Of a DNA stretch of 64,000 bases, positions 57,031 through 64,000 are shown piece by piece. Position numbers and translations under genes: made by a program. The stretch lies in assembly GCA_963713605.1 (NCBI GenBank), contig CAVQMO010000010.1:352001-416000 (forward strand), given 5' to 3'. The notes below the pieces were generated by a model that made no database searches, had not been told where the DNA came from, and worked only from the letters and a program-made list of their open reading frames with translations. How positions within the stretch are numbered: position 1 is the stretch's first letter; each line of letters opens with the position of its first letter. This DNA comes from an uncultured Nitrososphaerales archaeon (GTDB lineage Archaea > Thermoproteota > Nitrososphaeria > Nitrososphaerales > Nitrososphaeraceae).

Positions 57031-57525
57031 TCACTTAGTACGGTGACTATATTTACCGCTATTCCTTAACATATCACCCATTCGTGTCCATGTATCTCGA
57101 ATAGAAACACAGCTTGATCCGGCCAAATGATTACACGTATGGTTGTTAAATAGGGTAACATCTTCAGTGTAAATGCATCCTTCGCGATCATTAGGGACGT
57201 TACTTCCTATTCTAGTCTTAATAATGCCTCGAATTATTTCCTTAAAGACCTCCATCAAACCGGATCTAGCACCAAAAGCCCCGTTCTTATTGATCAACCA
57301 AAACATTTGAGTGGGATCGTAGCCTTCTGGAAAGATAGCTTTCTTTACTTTCATTGCCTCAGGCGAATTATAATGACCTGCTAAACGTATCCATCCTCCT
57401 GATAACTTTTTAACCCTAAAAGCAAATTGCCCACAAGACGAGCACCTGTCGTCGTATATGAGTAATGGCCTTAAGAAAGAAGGGTTCGCAGATATCGACA
57501 ACGTATGTTGATATTCTCTTCGCAA
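57031..57525 (-). CDS. DCC1/DUF393-like thiol-disulfide oxidoreductase
   Basis: LLIYDDRCSSC (DxxCxxC) motif. Confidence 0.65.
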   Translation of the reverse strand: MRREYQHTLSISANPSFLRPLLIYDDRCSSCGQFAFRVKKLSGGWIRLAGHYNSPEAMKVKKAIFPEGYDPTQMFWLINKNGAFGARSGLMEVFKEIIRGIIKTRIGSNVPNDREGCIYTEDVTLFNNHTCNHLAGSSCVSIRDTWTRMGDMLRNSGKYSHRTK

Positions 57526-57624
57526 ATATAAGACTTCTCGATAGTCCTTCCAAATTTCGCTAAAACAGATTCAGTGATGGCAAAAATAGTACAGGTGCGA
57601 AGAACTCATACTGGTCGGATATCA

Positions 57625-57666
57625 TGTATTCATAAATATGGATACCTGTATTCATAAATATGGATA
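57625..57666 (+). repeat. 20-bp tandem duplication (22-bp period)
   Basis: TGTATTCATAAATATGGATA at 57625 and 57647. Confidence 0.9.
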
Positions 57667-57682
57667 GCTCATAGAACCTGTC

Positions 57683-57808
57683 GTGCTAGAATGTATCCGA
57701 TGTGGACATGAAATGAAGGACATACAACCATGTCATTTGAAATGTTTCAACTGTGGGAGCGAGATTGACTGTTCTGATATAACCTATTTTTTGATTGAAG
57801 ATGATTGA
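57683..57808 (+). CDS. 41-aa Zn-finger micro-protein
   Basis: Manual translation from GTG: MLECIRCGHEMKDIQPCHLKCFNCGSEIDCSDITYFLIEDD*; two CxxCG motifs; below ORF-track cutoff. Confidence 0.75.
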   Translation: MLECIRCGHEMKDIQPCHLKCFNCGSEIDCSDITYFLIEDD

Positions 57809-57830
57809 ATTTGTTAAAGTTAGTTGAAGA

Positions 57831-58205
57831 TCATTTATCCAGTTCTTTGGGCATAGGATTTACATATAGCCTTCCATTTAGCACACAAGTTTCGTACGAA
57901 TCAACGCTATCTCCTCCTTTATGTGGTGACTTTCCGTCAGCGATAGAATATTTCCATCCGTGCCAGGGACATGTTACTATCCCCTCTTTTAGCTCTCCTT
58001 CACTTAAGGGACCACCTTCATGTTTGCATCGGTTCGAAATAGCATAATATCTTCCCGCAACATTAAATACGGCAATTTCCAATTCAATTCCAGGTTCGTC
58101 TACGATCAAAAAGCTTCTCGATTCACTGGGGTTAATTTCAGTAGTTTGACAAAGGTACCGAAGATTATCGTTAGTCTTATGACTCTTACTGCTATATTTG
58201 ACCAT
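57831..58205 (-). CDS. Rieske [2Fe-2S] ferredoxin
   Basis: CKHEGGPL and CPWHGW boxes. Confidence 0.93.
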   Translation of the reverse strand: MVKYSSKSHKTNDNLRYLCQTTEINPSESRSFLIVDEPGIELEIAVFNVAGRYYAISNRCKHEGGPLSEGELKEGIVTCPWHGWKYSIADGKSPHKGGDSVDSYETCVLNGRLYVNPMPKELDK

Positions 58206-58291
58206 ATTCTTTTTGCCGTGAACGATAGAAAAATACTTTGCCTGTAGACATTATCATCTTTCGGCACGCATAGACAAATGTATTAGTATTT

Positions 58292-58504
58292 TTATTTGTG
58301 TATCTCTTTCTCTAGTGCTTCTCTTAACATATTAGCATGCTTCTGTCTGTCTTGTTTAATAGTTTGCCACAGTTCTACTAGATCTGATCTGTTACTGCTT
58401 TGAGCATCTTTAATGTAGCTGTCTACAGTGTCGTATAAGAAATCTGCATCTGTCCCTAATGCTCTTAGTATACTATATTCAACATTTGATATCACTTGAG
58501 TCAT
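58292..58504 (-). CDS. Small helical-hairpin protein, half-ferritin-like
   Basis: NVEYSIL.AL...YIKDA...LW..IKQDRQKH..ML; fold inferred. Confidence 0.7.
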   Translation of the reverse strand: MTQVISNVEYSILRALGTDADFLYDTVDSYIKDAQSSNRSDLVELWQTIKQDRQKHANMLREALEKEIHK

Positions 58505-59120
58505 TGCAAGATTGATTTGTCAATAAAATATTTAATGGTTGTATCATTATACTATTTCTCAACGATCTTTTGTTTTTATGAACAACCTATTCAAGAAAAA
58601 TTCACTTTGAACTGTTTGAAACTGCTTTATTAAACAATTGAAAAACAGAGTGGTAAACACGCGGTTTGAAGTCCGACACAGGATCTTATTGACTGCTATC
58701 CAGAAAAATTAAGCCTAACCATTTCCTCCTTAGTATCCACCTGCCAAACTTTTCAGCAGCCTTCGCTGATTTTGCAATTACCTCAGGATTCCAGCTTATA
58801 GCAATAGATTCATAGAGAAAATAATCTGTTTGTATAGTCAAATAATTTTCTTATATAGATAGGCGAGCATACTGAACGAATTGAATGATAACGTACCTGT
58901 TAGGCTTTACACTACAATCGATACCTCAAAAGATTTTTCATTTAATCAGCTTGATAAAGAATGACATAGAATACAATACAAGAAATGGTGTCCATTTGTA
59001 GCATATTCTGAAATAAAGAAAGGATTTGAAATCGCCAAGAACCACTCGGTCTGCGGGATTTCCCGCAAAATGCGTGATAGATTCTATTTTATAATATGTT
59101 GTGTATAATTTGTATAATTA

Positions 59121-59402
59121 ATGTCCAGATCCCAAACAAGAAGAACGGGTTCGAAGCAAAAAGCAAGGGGTTCAGATAAGCAATTATCTACAAGGACAAA
59201 AAAACAAATTGATTCATTGCCAAAACATGCACAACATATATACAAAAAAGCGCACGATAATGCAATTGAACAATACCAAGATCCTGATAAAAGACGTGGT
59301 GGAAAGAGTGAAAGTGCTGAAGAGGTAGCCCACAAAGTTTCATGGGCAGCAGTAAAAAAAGCCTATAGAAAGAAAGGAGATATGTGGGTTAAGAAAGAAT
59401 AG
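59121..59402 (+). CDS. chaB: ChaB family protein
   Basis: LPKHAQHIY..AHDNA..QY, EEVAHKVSWAAVKK.Y.K.G..W. Confidence 0.9.
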   Translation: MSRSQTRRTGSKQKARGSDKQLSTRTKKQIDSLPKHAQHIYKKAHDNAIEQYQDPDKRRGGKSESAEEVAHKVSWAAVKKAYRKKGDMWVKKE

Positions 59403-59779
59403 TCCTGTTTCTGACAACAGTGTGAACACATTATTGCCCATATTTCATCAGCTATCGATGTTTGTTACTCATAATTTATTCGTTTGAAGAACCAACCTGC
59501 ATACAACTCTCGTAACATAAACACACTAGGAGATAGTTTATTTCAATATCAATTGAATAGATCTACTCTGAAGTGGTTCTGAGAATTAGGGGGTCCATCA
59601 TTAGATTCAAGACATGAGGTATTTAGTTATGCGCGCATTACTTTGAGTCGTATAGCCAATTGAGTATGATTGGCTTTGTACTATGCCTAATATTGTCGTT
59701 CTTGGCAGAAAGTCTCCCTCTCTTGGGGGAAAAGACATACCCTAAAGTATTATATAAAATGTTGATATTGTTGTATTTG

Positions 59780-60016
59780 ATGACTAGAAATTTGAAATTC
59801 TTAGGAATAGGTTCATGCGTGCTAGCTGTTGCAGTTCTTGTTATGGGCGTATCGGCTATATCTCCAGATGCAATTGCACAAAACACTACTGAAAAAGGCT
59901 CAAGCGAGGGACTAGGTGTACCCCAGAATGCAACGGGTGCTCAATCTTCGCCCGAAGCTATGAACAATACTCTTACACCTATGGGTCCTGAGAACGAAAC
60001 AGTAATCGTAAAATAG
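59780..60016 (+). CDS. Small secreted protein
   Basis: MTRNLKFLGIG...AIA-QNTT signal peptide; several N-x-T sequons; TTATATAA upstream. Confidence 0.65.
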   Translation: MTRNLKFLGIGSCVLAVAVLVMGVSAISPDAIAQNTTEKGSSEGLGVPQNATGAQSSPEAMNNTLTPMGPENETVIVK

Positions 60017-60327
60017 AGGCAACATAGGTAACATAGAATTTATTCTATACCTTTTCTTTCAACGTTAACGTTAGCATTAGATCTCCCCGTATAATGCTTG
60101 ATACCATGTATTGAATCGATGCAGTGATGTACAGCGACATGCCACACTCAACTAATATAGATTAATCATTTCGTATTATAAACCTTGGAAAGATCCCTTG
60201 ACATTTTTGTTGCTTTGATAGGCGTATGGGGGAAGGCAAGTTCATAGTAAACTGAACCAGATTGATTATAAGCGCTTCGGCAGCATATCTTTCAAATATC
60301 CTTATTATAGCTATGTGACCTTGCCTT

Positions 60328-61524
60328 CTACATTTTCTTGTTATTATCAAGGAAGTCAGTCATTCTCAATTGTTTCTTCTTATGTTCGAAGATTCTGCTA
60401 CCTTTAATCCACTCTACTTTCGATGCAGATAAATTCATACACGCAAAGGACAACGCTTTTTCAAAGCTCTCAAATTGTCTTTTTTCCGTTTTCAATGCTT
60501 CTCTGATTCCTTCTCTTACCTGCCACACTCCTACTGGCATGACATAATCTGAATGGATTTCTCTTAAGATTAATGCTGCTGCCTTTCTTCTTCTTTTAGA
60601 AAGGTGTTCTGCAATACCTAATCTGGCAGCAAAGTATGCGCCTGCTATGAAAGGATAATGATCTAACCCTCTAGCATCTTCGAAATCAAGTCCCATCCCT
60701 AAGTTTCCATTGTTGTCAAACCATATCTCTTTCATTTCAAAGCTCCAAACATTATCAGGAATCAATAGAACAGAGTAATAGTTACCAAGATGCGAGTATT
60801 TGTAAACTTCAAAAAAATCTATTTGGGCATTTGACACTAAGCTTTTTATCAAGGAAACAGAAATAATATCATCTGTTGCAGAGATGCTCCATCGTGTAGG
60901 GACAAGTCTTCTGTTTTTTTGCAAGCCTAGCATTCCTACGCTAAGGACCCGATGAATTCTGCTAACTTCCACCTCTTCTTTGTAAAGATCAACTACAGCT
61001 TCGGCTGCGTGCAAATCCTTATCGTAATAGACCTTTTCCAATCGCTTATCTATTGAAAGTGATGCAGTTTTGAAACTCTTTAAAGGCGCTACTGGACCAA
61101 ATGGTGCAGATTCGCCTAGGTCCTTTTCCCGTTCTATATCTGTGATTGGCCTTTTTTCAAAAACTACTTCACTTTCTGCTGATTTTGCAGCCATGGCCAG
61201 TTCCTGCAAAGATTCAATATATCTTCCAGCGGTAACATGAACGTTGACGTCTGATACTCCCCTTACCAGAGACAGACGATAGTTAACAATATCCTCGAGA
61301 CTTTTACCAAACCACATCTCTGGTTTATCGAATATAGTAGTGTCGCCATGTAATGGTGGGACCATGGGTCCCACCTTTACCTTGGGATATCCGTAGCGTC
61401 CAATAAAAACAGAAGGCGGAGTGGCACCCGCAAGTGTCTCTGAAGCTAATTTGGCTGAATTTGCATTAAGAAACTCAATCCAGTTATCTTCTAACCGCTT
61501 TTTGATTTCATTAGCTGTAGCCAC
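60328..61524 (-). CDS. nreA: Nre family archaeal DNA repair protein
   Basis: PPSVFIGRYGYPKV, RRLVPTRWSISATD, GAYFAARL, PVGVWQVRE; C-terminal PIP-like QLRMTDF. Confidence 0.92.
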   Translation of the reverse strand: MATANEIKKRLEDNWIEFLNANSAKLASETLAGATPPSVFIGRYGYPKVKVGPMVPPLHGDTTIFDKPEMWFGKSLEDIVNYRLSLVRGVSDVNVHVTAGRYIESLQELAMAAKSAESEVVFEKRPITDIEREKDLGESAPFGPVAPLKSFKTASLSIDKRLEKVYYDKDLHAAEAVVDLYKEEVEVSRIHRVLSVGMLGLQKNRRLVPTRWSISATDDIISVSLIKSLVSNAQIDFFEVYKYSHLGNYYSVLLIPDNVWSFEMKEIWFDNNGNLGMGLDFEDARGLDHYPFIAGAYFAARLGIAEHLSKRRRKAAALILREIHSDYVMPVGVWQVREGIREALKTEKRQFESFEKALSFACMNLSASKVEWIKGSRIFEHKKKQLRMTDFLDNNKKM

Positions 61525-61974
61525 ATCTTACTGATGATTCGATATTAGGTATAATTCAATCTATCGAATCCGTATTGGGTGTTGTAGTAATCAGGAATTG
61601 AACCAGTTACCGCTGCCCAGTGCAGTCAAGAAAAATTTGTTAACATAAACTATTATATCTGACCCCACGTTTGCCGAACATCTTATAATTGGTCTAGGTC
61701 CTTTGCATTTTTATGTCTAATTACAAAATGCAGAGGCGCATCTTTTTGGTGTTATCTGAAATGGTATGAACGATAGTTGATGGATAAATAGCAAATGGGA
61801 GTGCATGAAAAAAACGAATTCTGCAAGAGCAGTATCAGTTCAGAACGATTGTAGCCAACCTTAGGGAATTTGCGATCCTATTTATGGACTTATTCATTTG
61901 AACCGGCACAATTTGCATTATTTACCTTGGATCATTGTACTGTCGATAATAAGGGCATATAACAATGTAATATA

Positions 61975-62148
61975 TTAGTCTCCTTGTCTAGGTTCCTCGT
62001 CCTCAAATTCCTCTCCTCCAAGAGGAACCTCTTTCTTAAGCTCTCCTTGGCTTTCTAAATCCTCAATTACTTTTTCCTCTTCATCAATGTTTGCTCTATT
62101 TTGTGTCTCACGTCCCATCTTTCTTTTTTCATCTGATGCCTTAGTCAT
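61975..62148 (-). CDS. 57-aa acidic hydrophilic micro-protein
   Basis: Manual translation MTKASDEKRKMGRETQNRANIDEEEKVIEDLESQGELKKEVPLGGEEFEDEEPRQGD*; purine-rich coding bias. Confidence 0.55.
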   Translation of the reverse strand: MTKASDEKRKMGRETQNRANIDEEEKVIEDLESQGELKKEVPLGGEEFEDEEPRQGD

Positions 62149-62569
62149 TCATGTTTCCTTGGTTCACATTCTATTTGTTCATTAGCATCTACTTTTCTCT
62201 CATCACTTTAATCACCGTCCTCGGCATTTTGATAGTCAAAATAACGGCATTAACATGCCTTATCTATTCCTACAACAGGAAAAAATACTAGGACTGGCAA
62301 ATAAAACGCCAAAATGGTCCAATTTTTTTGAATCATAGTTCACCTGTCATTATATTATTTCGGGTTTGTAAACCTCTAGAAACAAGGTATGAGACCGTCT
62401 GCATTGGTATAGCTGGATACATTCCGAGGAACATAACGAGGCCTGTTCATTATATTCTTAAAGCATCTATACGAATTCTATCCATTTCCACACAAAGTAC
62501 AATACTAGAGCAGGGCGATAGTTAGCTCTGAGAAAGTAAATTCCCATTTATCTGTGTCGTTTGGCGCTC

Positions 62570-63562
62570 CTATAAACTTCCGTAGAGACTATATCTTCCT
62601 TCACCAATTCTGTTTGCATAATTCCAAACATTAGAAATCCCTGAAAGCCTTTTGAAAGTTTTCTTTTGTGTATCTTCCAGCATATTATAGAGCTTTTGCC
62701 CAATGACTATTTGATCTGGTTTTGCAATTGCTGTCATTTTTACTGCTATACTAATAGTAGGCCCTATCATATCAATATGTGGTCTTGTTAAGATTGCCTT
62801 TCCATTTAATTTATCGATATCTATACCATACTGTACTACTCCAATCTCGCCAAAATCTATCCCTATTCTTACCTTTAATTCTGGATAATCATACTGATTT
62901 AATATAGGATTAATGCCTTTCTGTATCACTTGGATCATTGTATAGGCACAACCTATCACATTACTGCTTTGTAGAGAATATGGAGCAATAGCATCGTTGT
63001 TGGTTATGTTTTTTTTGTTTTCTCTATCCGCGCTAGACTCATCTTCAATTACAAAAAATGCTAAAACTGCATCTCCAACATACTTTAAAACGTATCCTCC
63101 ATACATCGATATTATCGAAGAAGTTTCTTCAGCAAAAGCTCTAATGATAGCCGAAAGTTTATCAATAGACAGTGTCATCGACATCTTCGTCGAATCCACT
63201 AAATCGATATGCAAGATTACTAGATTGATTTTGGATTCTACGAATTTCTCTAGAACGCTTTGAGTTTCACTAAGCGAAATCCTAAATTCCGGCTTTGCCT
63301 TTAAAGCCTTCCACATTCTAATTTGTGAATTTTTAATTACGGATTCTATGTCGATAACCGCATCAAGATATAATTTATTGATAAAAGGGCTTCCTGATTT
63401 GCTTCGCAAAGGAATTTCCTGTGTCCGTACTTCATCTCTGATAATCCGCATAACTTCATCCTTGTTTGTGTCTAATTCCAGTGCAATTATTTCAGGGTTG
63501 ATTCCGGAATTGTATAAGTTAAGTATAGTATTTCTTTGATTTGATGCTATGGATAAATCAAA
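62570..63562 (-). CDS. Class III adenylate/guanylate cyclase domain protein with a probable N-terminal HTH; start uncertain (ATG 63451, frame open to 63562)
   Basis: HIDLVDST, LKYVGDAV, RIGIDFG, DMIGPT; upstream in-frame ILNLYNSGINPEIIALELDTNKDEV. Confidence 0.85.
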   Translation of the reverse strand, partial: FDLSIASNQRNTILNLYNSGINPEIIALELDTNKDEVMRIIRDEVRTQEIPLRSKSGSPFINKLYLDAVIDIESVIKNSQIRMWKALKAKPEFRISLSETQSVLEKFVESKINLVILHIDLVDSTKMSMTLSIDKLSAIIRAFAEETSSIISMYGGYVLKYVGDAVLAFFVIEDESSADRENKKNITNNDAIAPYSLQSSNVIGCAYTMIQVIQKGINPILNQYDYPELKVRIGIDFGEIGVVQYGIDIDKLNGKAILTRPHIDMIGPTISIAVKMTAIAKPDQIVIGQKLYNMLEDTQKKTFKRLSGISNVWNYANRIGEGRYSLYGSL

Positions 63563-64000
63563 TCACCTTATTTAATTTCAAAAACATGGTATATAGAGAT
63601 ACATTTGGGCTTTTATTTATGTATAGAAATTGTATCCATTTAATGGATTGCTTATGAAGTGAGTAGCGGGCAGTACCTTAAATATCACGTTTGGCAAATA
63701 GATCAGCATGTCCTCAAGCGAGGCTCTGATCCGATTTACAGAAGGCATATAAGTAAACAATAGCGTATCTTAAATAAAAAGTTGAGCACACTCGGGCAGC
63801 ACGAACAAAGTGCATCCCCACTAATTTAGTTAAAAATTAAGCAATGACAATACCACCGGGCTTGAGTATGGTCTCATTTCTTATTTGTAGAGTCAAATAT
63901 TTGGAGGTAAGAAGATTCAGTGCTGTCACAATCATCTTATAGTAGCAAGCATCCATTTTACTTCATCAGGGACTTATGAATTTAGAAATTGCGAGGATAC

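Noticed and set aside
657..63539. Many antisense ORFs in the track (e.g. 2004, 3661, 21450, 28768, 49275, 52204, 54840, 62997)
   Set aside because: They are shadows of well-supported genes on the opposite strand.

Overview
Archaeal chromosomal DNA, most likely from a soil ammonia-oxidising archaeon (Nitrososphaeraceae). This is inferred from two TFB paralogs, NreA, archaeal-type PyrH, DUF6659-like proteins, many stand-alone receiver proteins, soluble histidine kinases and TATA-like boxes about 25-30 nt before many start codons. I found no rRNA, intact tRNA or CRISPR array. About 16 frameshifts can each be repaired by deleting one base, including two in pyrH, so most split genes are probably uncorrected sequencing errors. 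Layout: 0-12 kb mixed enzymes, including a putative metal-uptake secreted protein with three DtxR/SirR-like boxes. 12-19.5 kb two-component cluster with truncated genes. 19.6-27.3 kb AT-rich module (UbiA, F420-type LLM, two regulators) bracketed by a 124-bp direct repeat, next to an integrase relic. 28-41 kb housekeeping and regulatory genes (pyrH, HD hydrolase, TFB, pyruvate oxidase-like). 42-62 kb dense cluster resembling a general-stress/desiccation regulon (PRC-barrel paralogs, LEA-like 11-mer proteins, ChaB, PLD, RskA-like proteins, phasin-like protein) around an atypical TFB whose Zn-ribbon coding sequence is duplicated exactly behind a divergent regulator. The window ends with nreA and an HTH-fused class III cyclase. 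All family calls are from motif recognition, not database searches.
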